Made by a program: the position numbers and the translations under genes
DNA from: Octopus vulgaris
Lineage: Eukaryota
Length of the DNA: 64,000 nucleotides
NCBI GenBank assembly: GCA_951406725.2
Contig: OX597823.1
Coordinates: 77,810,001 to 77,874,000, forward strand
Reading direction: 5' to 3'
Notes under the pieces: model-generated
Told to the model about the DNA's origin: nothing
Seen by the model: the letters and a program-made list of their open reading frames with translations, nothing else
Databases searched by the model: none
Part shown: piece by piece, positions 11,848-24,924 of the stretch
How positions within the stretch are numbered: position 1 is the first letter of the stretch
Layout of the letters: each line of letters opens with the position of its first letter

Positions 11848-12239
11848 AATCCTACCTCAAATTATTTTAGTCACCTTTTATGACACGTAAAGGAAACGTT
11901 GAGTCTGTCCTTTGACATGCTGATCCCCACACAGCACAGAGGAAAATTATTTCACATGAATCTTAACATAAACAGACCCAATGGATTCTAGAGGTTTACA
12001 AACATGTAAATACCTTTTACACTTCTTTAATTCATACGTGGGACAGATATTCACCTGTTGTTTCTACGTGTTGATTGAATTGCAGAGAATAAATTAATGA
12101 CTATTGTTATGTATTTGAGAGGTATGGAACACACGCAACAGTTTTCAATTTCCTACTCAAATAATTTAAGTTTATGTTTCGACCGTGCAATTCAAGGCTG
12201 TACTTTAAAATAACTGCCATAGAACATCTTGTTTTAAAT

Positions 12240-12490
12240 GGCATTTTGTAACGAACAATCATAAATCATGTCCCGCTGTTTATGTCTTCGTTTTAAAGAT
12301 GGCGGCAGATTTATTCCTCCGAGCTTCCAGGGCAAATAAACAGTGATTAGATGGTCAATAAACATTATATCGCCTGTCTCAAGATCATTATGTCATTTCG
12401 TAGAAACGAGTTCGCCAATTACGTCATACCGAGACGCTGTCGTCGTTTTTGTTTAAAACTCTTTGACAAATCATTAAAGTCGTAAGTAAC
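12240..12490. promoter_or_regulatory. Candidate CpG-rich promoter/TSS region
   Basis: YY1-type AAGATGGCGGC (12296-12306), CCAAT (12415-12419), CRE-like TTACGTCA (12419-12426), locally high CpG in non-repeat sequence, and a GTAAGT donor at 12482. Confidence 0.5.
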
Positions 12491-12746
12491 TGAATGGGAA
12501 TAACGTCTTTAAACAAAGCTGAGTATGTGATTTGCTTGCTTTTATGGATGATCTATAATAGGTTTAGTGTCAGTCTGGGCGTCTGGAACTATAATAAACC
12601 AAAGACGAAATACGTAGTCGATTGATTTAGAAAGTTATTGGGAGGAGACGGTTGGAATTTATACGATTATCCTACTTAACTACATTGAAATTATGGCCAA
12701 GGTGGTTTTCTTCTCTTAACTATTGGTTTCCATTACACCTGCACCT

Positions 12747-12749
<3 letters not shown>

Positions 12750-12796
<47 letters not shown>

Positions 12797-12945
12797 ATAT
12801 ATATGTGTATATATATATGTGTGTGTATATATGTGTATATATATATATGTATGTGTATATATGTGTATATATATATATGTATATATATATATATGTATAT
12901 ATGTGTATATGTACGTATATGTGTATATGCATATATGTGTATATG

Positions 12946-12998
<53 letters not shown>
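12750..12998. repeat. Compound (TA)n/(TG)n microsatellite
   Basis: Directly visible. Confidence 0.95.
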
Positions 12999-13001
<3 letters not shown>

Positions 13002-13031
13002 TGTTTTGCCTATCGGCTTTATGTAGGTACT

Positions 13032-13254
13032 ACTTGAGAACAGTGGTCCCGGTGCGTACACTCGCATAGTCACGCATCCGCGCTAGCTAGTCGTGACTAG
13101 TCGATCCTACAACGACTACCTAGCAAAGTAAATAAAACACAAAATAAATAATTTTTTAAACAAATTAACACAAAAACACAAAGTAAGGATCGACTAGTCA
13201 TGACTAGCTAGCGCGGATGCGCGAGTGCGCGCACCGGGACCACTGTTCTCAAGT
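13032..13254. mobile_element. CpG-rich MITE with ~70-bp terminal inverted repeats
   Basis: ACTTGAGAACAGTGGTCCCGGTGCG and CGCACCGGGACCACTGTTCTCAAGT are an exact 25-bp inverted pair; pairing continues through GCATCCGCGCTAGCTAGTCRTGACTAGTCGATCCT. A-rich spacer. Confidence 0.85.
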
Positions 13255-14994
13255 GCATGCTGTACATGTACAGCTGTTTGTTTAAATAATTGCTGTTTTA
13301 GTTAAAGTTAAGTACCAGTAAGGTACTGAGGCTGATTTAATGAATATATTGAAGTCACAGGAAGCTTCCATAAACATCTGACTTAGTGCTTGTTTTTTGT
13401 CGTATTATTTTATCAAAGATATTAATAAAACGTGACTTTTTCCAACTACGTGTAATGCCATTTATTATGTAGGGTTGTCATTGTGTACAAGTCGTGTACT
13501 ACCTGTTAATGGGTGACTTAAAATATTTGCTTAATTACTTTAATTATATTTATGCTATTTCGATGAAATTTTTTTTCTTGCTCTGTAGCTATATATTTCC
13601 TTACACAGATTTAATCGACTGTTTGCCCTTCCCATAAATTTGAGGCATTGTACCTCTATTAGAAATCAATTTAGTCACGTAAAACAGTTTTTCAATGTTT
13701 GAATGCATATAACATCTCATGTAGCAGTTTGTTGGGCGAAAGTTAAGGATTACCACCCAATCAATAAATGAATGACTGAAGAAAATCAGTTTCTGTCATG
13801 AATATTTTGTAAATTACATGTTATTGCCACACCAATGGTTCTTCGATTTGGCAATAAAAACATTTTTGTCTTAGCGATAAGAAAGAATATTCTTCTTTTA
13901 AAATTAGTTTTGTGTTGTAAATTCAGCACTGGTTGAATTATTTTACAATTACGATTTTATTGTATCAAAACTAATTCATCCATAATTTCATTTTTATCTC
14001 GTATTGTAATACCAATAATAACAATAATAATAATTATTATTACTATATTATTATTAAAACAACTAATGACTGTTTTTAAAGAGTTTCCAATGCTTTCATT
14101 AATTTATATTACTGAATTATGTATTTCACAACATAAAGTCACTTTATTTCCGAACTTTTTACTTCAGTTACAAATAATTAAATTTTGCATAATATATTAT
14201 TTTTCTTTTAAAGAAGAAAAATAATAATTGTGTGCGTAAATCCGAATTTCAAACAATGGTAATCATAATTATGACAAATGACAAATTTTATGCATTCAAA
14301 CATTGTTTCCTTCTTTGTTTAAACTCAAAGCCAATTCTTTACGCAAAAGATTGAATGGATCTCTCTTTGACTATTTGGTACTTTATTGCTGTTTATCTTG
14401 TTTAGCTCCGGCCAAACCCATATTCGTTTTTTTTTTAAATATCCAATGTTTAGAGAATTTGGCTTCTATTTCTAACTGCTCATACAACTACGTCGAATTT
14501 ATCTGATTGGTTTGTTGGCATTGTCCTATTTGGTGATTCTATGGCTATTGTTCTTTTGCTTGAGTCATCTTTAGTCTTCTAGCTGTAATCACATAAAACT
14601 ACGTTATCCAAAGCGCTCTATTTTATTTTATTAAAACAGTTACATCTACAGCTTACAGTAGGGGATACCTTGCTGGTGCAGCTAATTGCCAGATTTGGAA
14701 GTTGGTGGGATAAAATGAGAGAACTTATTATTACGATGTTTGTATTTCCTATTGTTTTAGCAATGCCCTCTGACCCACGTCAACAACAGCAACTGTTCTC
14801 AAAGTAACAAATGCTAGATATGCTCTATTCTCATCAACGTGGGCTGAAGAAAATAGGATATTTTTACTCGTTCCTTACTCTTTATTAATGAAAAATCGTA
14901 ATTGCGTTTGCAGTTATAAGTGCTTCTTTACAATGTCGTTGGATAGGGTGTTTTTAGCTGGTATGAAACGTGTCCCTGACCCTCGCATTACAAA

Positions 14995-15385
14995 TCTCTC
15001 TATATATGTAATGCTGAAGTTGTCTGTGTATGGCTGGTTTGGTAGCCTTCAACTAACGCTATCTCCTCCAAGACCCTGCGGTGCAAGTTGACCAAATCTG
15101 GGAGTATGATAGAAGGCTTGCTCTTCCTTCCGTAGAAGAAAACAATTTTGTCGGACCAAGTTAAGACCAAAAATTATTTACATCAAAAAGGTGCTTTTTT
15201 TGTATGAAAACCCTTATTTTTTTACGATTTTTTGACTGCTGTGTCACCATTTTCGGCGTATTTCAATCAGAAAAATGTTCACTTAAAAAGAATAACAAGC
15301 TACTTAGTGCAAAATTTTTACTTCTCTAAAATTCCAATTCTAAAGGGTCGAAACAAACCCGAGCAACGCCGGGCGATACTGCTAG
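14995..15385 (+). mobile_element. Non-autonomous Helitron
   Basis: 5' TC after A (TCTCTCTATATATGTAATGCTGAAGTTG), subterminal hairpin CCCGAGCAACGCCGGG, 3' CTAG followed by T. The same termini occur at 60207-60603. Confidence 0.85.
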
Positions 15386-16145
15386 TACATGATATGTTCT
15401 ATTCCCATCAACGTGGGCTGAAGAAAATAATGGATTTTTATTTTACTCATTCCTTACTCTTTATTAATGAAAAATCGTAATTGAGTTTGCAGTCATAAGT
15501 GTTTCTTTACAATGTCGCTGGATAGTTTTTTTTATAGCTGGTATGAAACGTGCCCCTGACCCTCGCATTGCAAATTCTTTATATAACCCTTGTACCAAGA
15601 CATTCCAGAAAGATCTAACAGAACCTATCATGTAAAGGTTGCTGCTGATTGATCGATAATTCAACCTCTCACATGAACATGGTTGTGCTATGTTGTGACT
15701 TAAACATCGCAATCTGTCGAGTCAGTTTCAAGTCTTGTTACAGTTGTTATGTCTCTCACAAAGGCATTTGCTTACATCTTGAACTACAGTCAGTTTTGAT
15801 GCCGCTTCACCGAAGAGCAACTTCTAGCCAATGGAGTTTTATAGCGGATTTAGCGGCTTATAGCTACGCAGGAATTCATAATTTATAATTCTTTGGCGCC
15901 TATTCTATGTTCTTAGTATCTGTGATTACAAAACGGCAATAAAATGAACAATAATTGTTGGATGTACAAAAATAACTTGACTTTACTGAATGATTATTAA
16001 GAGTAATGGCTAAAAATAGATGTTAGAGATCGTCAAAAGATCAAGAAAATGCCTTACATTTTGAGTTCCGTTGTGTTCGGTTTCACCTTTCGTTTGTTTG
16101 GAATTGATAAGGTATTGGTCAAGTACTGGGGATCGATGGTACCTA

Positions 16146-16380
16146 CAAGGCGGCGAGCTGGCAGAATCGTTAGCACGCCGGGCGAAATGCGTAGCCGTAT
16201 TTCGTCTGCCGTTACGTTCTGAGTTCAAATTCCGCCGAGGTCGACTTTGCCTTTCATCCTTTCGGGGTCGATAAATTAAGTACCAGTTACGCACTGGGGT
16301 CGATGTAATCGACTTAATACCTATGTCTGTCCTTGTTTGTCCCCTCTGTGTTTAGCCCCTTGTGGGTAATAAAGAAATAG
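16146..16380 (+). mobile_element. SINE family B, full length, CpGs intact
   Basis: AAGGCGGCGAGCTGGCAGAATCGTTAGC A-box region, GAGTTCAAATTCC B-box, conserved core. Approximate TSD GGTAYCTAC; lies inside an older copy of the same family. Confidence 0.9.
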
Positions 16381-17274
16381 GTATCTACCAGCCTTTATTA
16401 CTCCGAAAATTGCAGGCATTGTCCAGGTATTTAGTCCATCATGTTCTGAGTTCAAATTCCGCCGAGGTTGACATTGCTTGTCCTCCCTTCCAGCCAAGAT
16501 CGTTGTAATAGATTATCCCCCTTCTCTTAAATTATTGATTATTGTTGTCATTTCTCACCATCGACATTCTCGTTTCAAAAACTACAGAAAAAATGCAATT
16601 ATTTATTTGAAGGTTTACAGAAAAGAAATTTATGAAGAGATGTGTGTCTGTTCCGGTGAGATTTAAATTACAAGATGTAATGACATACGGACAGACAAGA
16701 TAAATTTCGAAAAGATGCAATTTCCTAGCTGTCGTTTCATTCATTTCACCACGATGATAGCCAATTATTTTTCTACACTCTCCGCTATTGTTGGTTTCAT
16801 TTTAATTGACGCTGCTTTCGATAAGGATCACCAAACTAAATGTGATTAACAAAACACGATAAGCAATAGTATTCTTTATATTTAAAAAAAAAATTTTAAC
16901 AGCGACCTTTGGTTTATATAAGTTCATGTATCTGTGAGACCGATGATGCAGTACCTAAAAACCAGGGTCGAACTTACCAAAAATATTAAATGGAAAAATT
17001 TCTAAGATTTTACTTCACGGTGGAACTTCTGTATGGTCACTAAACATGCTAGGATCTTTTAAATTACGCCCTAGTAATTTATTTATTTATTTATTTTTTA
17101 CTGTATTGAAATTAAAAAGGCAATTTTGTCTCTATGAACTGTTGTCTATGCATCTGGATTGATTCCAGTGATAACAACTGAATGCTGCTAAAACTAGATC
17201 CCGTCTCAAAATTAGGTAATGATATTAAAACAACCAATAAATTTATAAATGGTCAAAGGATATACCATTTAGAG

Positions 17275-17417
17275 CAGACATGGACAAACTTTTCGAGGAG
17301 TAAGCCACACGAGACATGATTCATCATTAGGCAAGTGGCTTTACTAGAAAAAAATTTAAAGTAACTTTCCATTAGGCATGTCATTTCGAAAGTCTCATGG
17401 GCCATAGTTTGCCCATG
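17275..17417. mobile_element. hAT/Charlie-like MITE remnant
   Basis: CAGACATGGACAAACT at the left end and AGTTTGCCCATG at the right end are imperfect inverted termini. Confidence 0.45.
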
Positions 17418-17667
17418 AATTACTTAAATAATAATTTCGTAAATTGATCCAAAGGATCGTTTTGGGAAATATGCGCCATATTACTGTCTCATAATACCTT
17501 GTCAAAAATTTGTAACATGAAAAATCTTCAAAATTTGAAAGATTTTTTTTGGTTTTCGACTGGAAGAAGTGCTGCTAATAGAACCTTTCAAAAATCTCTC
17601 AAAAGATCCAGGGTTGGCATACAGGCTGTTGTAGGTTATGTATCAGATCATTAACTATTTGGAGTGT

Positions 17668-17886
17668 AAGGCGGCGAGCTGATAGAAACATAAGTATGCC
17701 AGGCAAAATACTTAGCAGTATTTTGTCTGTCATTATGTTCTGAGTTCAAATTCCGCTGAGGTCGACTTTGCCTTTCATCCATTCGGGGTCGATAAATTAG
17801 GTACCAGTTGCGTACTGGGTTTGATCTAATCGACTGTGCCCTCCCCACAAATTTCGAGCCTTGTGCCTAGATTAGAAAAAATTAAA
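17668..17886 (+). mobile_element. SINE family B
   Basis: Homologous to 16146; flanked by the direct repeat TATTTGGAGTG (TSD). Confidence 0.9.
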
Positions 17887-18409
17887 TATTTGGAGTGCCC
17901 TCACTCTTGTCCAGCCTAGATAATTTAGTTTCAGTTTATTTTAACAACTGCTATAGTAAAACCTCCTTAGTGTGTATTGCTTACTGGCTGTTTTGTGCCT
18001 TAACTCAGAGTTTCATAAACTGACGAATGGCCGTGGTCATGTGCATGCCTTTGTGCTTGTCCCAGTCACTGCTTGACAACCAGTGTTGGTTTGTTTCCAT
18101 CCCTGTAACTTAGTGGTTTGGCAAAAGATATCAACAGAATAAGTACCAGACTTTAAAAGAAATGCAATAATGGGGTCGATTTGTTTGATTAAACCCTTAA
18201 TAGCTGTGCCCCAACATTGTTATGTTCCAATGACTGAAACAGATATGAACAGTAACAGAAGTGCTGCTATATAGTGTACCGAAAGAGTTAAAAACCACAA
18301 GGTAAATTACCATATTTGATGACATATTAGATGCACTCTGATTTCAGTAGAGCCTATTCAAGAAAGAGTAAATTTATAGTGCATTAAAGTATGTAATATA
18401 ACCCCAACT

Positions 18410-18782
18410 TATGGTGGCATGCTGTCAGAACCATTAGTGCTACAGGTTGACTTTGCCTTTCATTCTTTCAGTTTTGATAACATAAGTACCAGTTAAGAAC
18501 TGGTGTCTATGTAATCAATTATCCCTCTACCCGAAATTTCTGGTCTTGTGCCAAAATTTGAAACTAATATAAGCCCAACTTAAGGCAGAATCATTACTGT
18601 GTTGGATTTGCAAGCTTTTTTTTTTCTGACTTTACATTCTGAGTTCAAATGCCTCTGGGGTCAACTTGGCTTTTTATTTTTTGGGAGTCAATAAAATAAC
18701 TACCAGTTGAGCACTGGGGTTGATCTAATCGATTTCCTCCCTCCCCAACATTGCTGGCCTTGTGCCAAAATTTGAAACCAAT
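18410..18782 (+). mobile_element. Two tandem degenerate family B SINEs
   Basis: Both end CTTGTGCCAAAATTTGAAAC; both are preceded by AATATAA(C/G)CCCAACTTA. Confidence 0.7.
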
Positions 18783-20118
18783 ATATACTCAACTTCGCAT
18801 ACTGGACTCTGGGTGACTTTTGAGATATGTTTTTGAAAAAATAAAGGGGAAAGAAATGGAAAAAATGGTATCAAATGGAAATGGTATCAAACACAGTATT
18901 TCATGACATTTGTAAATTTGGATATGTTGGGTCTGCTTTGATTGAAAAATCAGGATTCTTGTTTCCCTAAGGCTCACAAACTTTTTCAAATTTTTAAACA
19001 TCCCGAAATAAATTTTTGCCGATACGGAACCACTAATTTCCTTGGTCTCTGGTTCATTTATATTTCATATGAATCAACTTCCCTGCCCTTCCATTATTTC
19101 AGTATTGATAGGAGAATAAATAATTTAGAGTTCTGTTAAAGATTTTGGAAATTATTTCATGTGTATTCCTTTTCCTTTGATGTTAGCTCTCTCTCTTTCA
19201 TATTAATTCTAACCATCAGTTACATTACATTGTACAATAAAATCATTTTTCAAAGAGCTGATTCTGTGATAGTTTTTCTGCCAAAACTCCCAAATATTGT
19301 ATTGTACTTCCTGTTGATCATTTACATTCTTGCTAATTTGATATATTCAACTGTCCGATCAACTGCTTTATCATCTCTCCTCCTTTAACTAAAGAGTTCA
19401 GTGCATCAATCTTTGTTCTTTGATGCATATTGAACTAACCTGTTTGTTTTTTTTTTTTCCTATCTTAAAGCACTTGAAGTTCTCCCTCTCTCTCTCTCTC
19501 TCTCTCTCATTTATATTTTTTTATTCCTTCACTCATTATTTGATATTTATTATGATGCTTTTCAAAACTGTTTTACCAAACTGTTATTCTTCCTTTCTCA
19601 CTATAATTTAGCAATATTACTGTAGTCAGGGTAGTTAGAAAGAGCAAAGGTTCACATGATATTTTTTTTTTTTTTTACCTTGTATCTTGTTCACTGCTAA
19701 CCCTAACGTCCTCAAGATTAAATACAAAACTAGTTTTGTTTGTATTAAAGGGCTACAAACATTTCAGTTGACTTCAGTAAATTTCTTTGCAATTCTTTGG
19801 TTCCAGGTTCAATACTTCTACCCAGCAACTTTGGAAAGTGTCGTCTAAGTATAGCCTCAGGTCATAGACAAGAACTTTTGGGTGAAACTAGGTTGAAAGA
19901 AACTGTGAGAAAGCCTATCAAAAGTGTGTTTGAGTGCATATACTGTTAGCTCCTTCATCAAATTGAGGATGACTTAACAGGGATAAAGGCAATTGTTAAA
20001 CTGGGACAAATTTGTTTTCTATTTCTTTTATACCAAGAAAGAGCTGCATGTGCATCAGATGCACTCTCTCAGTCTTACACATTATGTCAAGTGGCAAAGT
20101 AAAATAAACACTGTAAGC

Positions 20119-20370
20119 ATCTATCTATCTATCTGCTCAGTCAAAATCGACTCTCGGTTACTCGATGGATCAGTGTTCTCCAGCCAGTTCTATCCTGGGT
20201 CGCTTCTTTCAGAATGGCTATGGCCATTCCCATGTCAGTCTTAATGGTGTCAAGCCAGCGGGTTCTTGGTCGGCCTCTTCCTCTCTTACCACTAACCATT
20301 CTGAGCAGGATGTCCTTCTCCAGGGATTTTCTCTGCATAATATGACCAAAATATGCCAGTCTATGCTTGT
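20119..20370 (-). mobile_element. RTE-clade LINE 3' fragment (BovB-like)
   Basis: Translates to RLAYFGHIMQRKSLEKDILLRMVSGKRGRGRPRTRWLDTIK..DRTGWRTLIHRVTESR, the typical RTE C-terminus, followed by a (GATA)n tail. Confidence 0.9.
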
Positions 20371-21104
20371 TATATGTATATGTATGTACAGTAAGCATAT
20401 CTATATATAAAAATGTTAAAATGGTTGAAGGGATCTCCATACTTTGCAGTACCATCTCATTTCATGTGTTACCCAAGCCATAAAAGATATCTGGTATTTG
20501 TCCTGTATTATAGCTTCTAGCCCAGTATGACAATATGTTGCTACCTACAATGGTTGTCTCTCTTTGTCCCTTAGTTACAAAACCGTGTAAATAAAGGTTA
20601 CATATTTCTTTCATGCCTATTCATATGAAATGCAAACGTGCTACAAAACATTCACTTGCATGCATGTATATACATATGTACATATAACAAACTGGCTGTT
20701 AACTCACCTGAGTTAATCTGCTTTCTGACAGGGTTTCTTTTTCACTCAACCAGATTTCTGAAATCAGCCTCCTCATAATATAGGCTGTTGGAGGTTGCTA
20801 AATTTAGTAGCTGTCAACCCAGTCGGGCCTTAAATTGTACTGGGTCACAAACATGATCTGACACACAATATTCTTTTTAATTGAAAATCAACTTTAAATA
20901 GCAGATTAACATATACCTAATGAAAGAAGATATTTGTGTGCAAAGAGAAAAAAATAAAGAATAATAAAATAAATTTGTGCCTCTGCAAAAGTTTGGACTA
21001 ATCCTTCAGATTGATATAAAATTGGTATAAAATTGTTTTTTATATAACAGAACATAAAAACAACCATCAGTAAATATATATAAAAGCTATAGAAGTTGCA
21101 TTAG

Positions 21105-21165
<61 letters not shown>

Positions 21166-24100
21166 GTATATATATGTATATACATACATATACACACACA
21201 TACACACACATTTTTGTGAGCTATCTTAACATTTTCATGTCTTAATGCTGGTTCCTTTGTAGTGGATGACGACATAGATAAAATGTATTTACCAATGATT
21301 TTATTTACGTTAGTAAAAATAATTGCATGCAAATTATAATATTCATTGATTATCAATAAACTGGTAAAGAAAGTTTTATAACCGGTATTGTTAGACATTT
21401 GTGTGTATCCATACATTAATTTAATAAGTTTGCTTTATAAACTATGTTCTCTTTTAATAATTAATATTGCATATTAAAACTAAAATCACTGAAGATTATT
21501 CTGAACTGGAATTTTGGGGACAATAATTATCTACTTTATATGATTTCACACATAGTTTTTCCTGTTTATTAAATTTATAAAAGTTATAAAGTGGAATTAA
21601 TTTTCTGGTTTATCACAATAATTTTCACATTATCAATTTAATTTCTGCTTTGAATTCTGTTAAATTACTTATAAGAATTTGAAAGTTAAAGTTAAAATAA
21701 AAATTAACCAAAATTATTACTAAAAAGAAACCGAGCCTATTGTGATAGCATGTAAATCAGGAATTTTAAACATCTCCTCTTTTAATAATTTTTGGCAAGT
21801 TGATTTCTCTAGAAGCTACGAAGTAAATTTGAAACCCTTCACAACCTACTTCCTCAACACTCTTTTATTTCTGATCCAAGTAAATGCTCTCAATTCTATG
21901 ACCCAGATTTTTGTTTGTCTTTCAAAGCAGTGCTTTCTATCCTGGTAATCAATAATTTGTAATCTGAGTTTTTAAATGTTGGCATGAAGTTCTGATATAT
22001 TTTTTTTTTTCCCTTTCTTTCTTGTTTTATCACTTATATTTGTCATCAGTTTAACAAGCTACTTGATATTGCATTTGATGAAATGAATTTGAACGTGCCT
22101 TGTCTCTAAAAGATTTTCTTTAGACCATTAAAATTTGGCTCAGGCAGTTTGTTGTAAATAAAATATCGATATGGATCAAAATCTGTTAATGTGAATTTGA
22201 TTTAAGAGTTATAGAGGAAGATGGAAAATAATCAAATAAAATAATCATATATACTTATGTACATACATACAGACATATGTACATGAAACACACACTGGGA
22301 ATTTACACCTACATACCAGGAATTTACAAGCCAATACACACACACACATACACGTGTGTATGTATATGCCTGGTGTATTGTTATTCATTATGATAAATGA
22401 TTGTATGTGTTGACTTAATGAAACAGTAGGTAGTTTCTTTCAGTGACTATTTAATTTTCCCCTGAATAACAGTATTCCATAGCGCTTTGTTATTATGATT
22501 TAATTGACAGTAGAGTTGAGAAATTAATTACTAACCCAATCATACTCATTTTAAAGTTACATATTTACTGAACTCTGATATAATTTCTATGCTATATTAA
22601 TTTCTATATCGGCTGTGATCATGATATACTAATGATTTATGATATAGGATTAATGATATCATGGTTGTAAACAAGCATCATTGTCAAAGAAGTGGTGTTG
22701 TTTGTTTCCAGTCTTCTGTGGAAAACATGTCTGGCCATGGAGAAATATAATCTTACTTGACAACAGATGAAGGTTGGTGACAAGAAAGACACTTGGTTGT
22801 AGAATATGTGCCCCAACAAATTCTGTCTGGCCCATGCAATAAAGGAAAAGTGGATATTAAATAATGATGAGGAGGTGAAGGAATTTATTTTATAGATATC
22901 TACATTTATAGAATCAAGCCCATAGGTTTAATTCTTTTATAACCATATTATTAATGAATTACACTGCCCATTGATTTTAATTTATTATTTAAAATAATCA
23001 ACAGTCCGAAATGTTTAGTAAAGTCCATTATTAAATTAGTATCTGGAACGATTTAATGAAACATTAAAATATATAATTGTGATTAAAATTATTAAATCAC
23101 ATGATCACTGATATTACTGCAGTAAGTGAAGGAATAAACCACCTCATTGTGGTGGTTGTGGTGGTGGGGGTGCTGCTGCTGGTGTTGGTAGTGGGGGTGG
23201 GGTGTTGTTGTTGTTGGTGGTGGTAGTGATGGTGGTGTTAAATTGAAAAAAACACTCAAGAACTAATACAATCTTTCAGAGGACTTTTGCACAATTTCCG
23301 TCTTCTCCCTAACTTCACAAAAGGTTAATGACAATCTGAACCTACGGCCAAAGAACCATGCAGTGGGGTCAGACCCAGAACCATGTAATTTCAAAGAAAA
23401 CTAAACCATACAGCCACGCTTGCATTCTTTAATGTTTACAAGCCATCTAAGTTTCACTAGCATGGAAAATTGCACATATAACAGCAAATATATATCTACA
23501 TATGTTTATCTATGTATACATACTTTATTAGATATTATTTCTTTAATGTGTATACACACACATATATGTGAAGTGAACTAATCACTAAATGTATGTTCAT
23601 AGAGAGTAACGCCTTTCATGTGTTTGATATCAAAAACATTTAATATAGGAAACAGTTTTAAGAAAGTACTTCCAGTTTTTACCAATGTTCATTTTTTTTT
23701 TCCCCCCATATTTTTCTTTCTTTCATTTTCTATAATTCTTAAGAATGTAAATGACACTTAGAGTGGAGATCATTCGTTTTGATATTTTAACAGTTTGCAG
23801 AGTTGTTTTCTTTAGTCGGTTCTCACTGGGAAACACAGGCGCCCAATGTAGTCTGCCAGTTGCATTTCTACGTCTTGAAATTATATAAGAATGCTGTATA
23901 TAAATACATGTATGTGCAGCCAATCACCACCACCACCACCACCACCAAACCATCACCACTACCACCACCATCATCATCATCATCATTGCTATCACCATCG
24001 CCACAGCTACTTTTGTCTGTTCCTCCTTGTTGGAATGAGTTGGTTCATTGGGCAAGGCTTTTTGAGACAGTGTTTTATGGCCTGGTGCCAACTCTTTTAG

Positions 24101-24784
24101 TTGCTTCTTTATAACATGCAGGGATATGGTGAGCCTTTTCTAAAAACAGGGGATATCAAAAAGTTTATGTATGTAATGTATGTATGCATGTATCCATACA
24201 CATATATAATGTATGCACATGTGTGTATATATGTATGTTGTTTTTTATTACAATTGAAAAATATTTATGCTTATGTTTTGAGTTCTGTCTTTCTTGTTTG
24301 TGTTATCAAATTTATTTGCTTATATGTTTGTATGCATTTGTGTCTGTGTGCGAATATGAATGTATATATGTATTTGTGTGAGAGAAGTAGAAGGGAGAGA
24401 GAGAGAGAGAGAGCAATGTAGTATTGAAATTAAAGTATCAAATATAATGAAGAACATTTATTTAAAAAATAAAGTTGTGCCAAGGAATGAAAGTAGGGGA
24501 TATACTGAAGAATTAATTTATATATTTCTTAAACCTATAAATGTACTTTGGCTTAGTGAATATTTTAATTCCGAAACACTGTGATGCATTGATAATTTTC
24601 TCATGGTTGTCAAAGTAGCATTAATATGCAAAGTAGCTTACTCATATGTAAATTAAGTTATTTTACCCATGCAACTGTGAACTGCTTTTTTTTCTTTTGA
24701 TTATTTCTTACTATCATAATATTACCAATGTAAAAAGTTTCATGCTCACTGTTGCCAATAACTTAAGGTGTGTGTGTTTGTGTA

Positions 24785-24924
<140 letters not shown>

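Noticed and set aside
12652-13073. Long YI/VC-rich ORFs here and at 40185-40643, 51988-52592 and 58247-58786
   Set aside because: They are translations of dinucleotide microsatellites, open in several frames on both strands.
18800-19400. Possible ancient reverse-transcriptase remnant on the minus strand (YLG motif)
   Set aside because: A single short motif among many stops; insufficient evidence.
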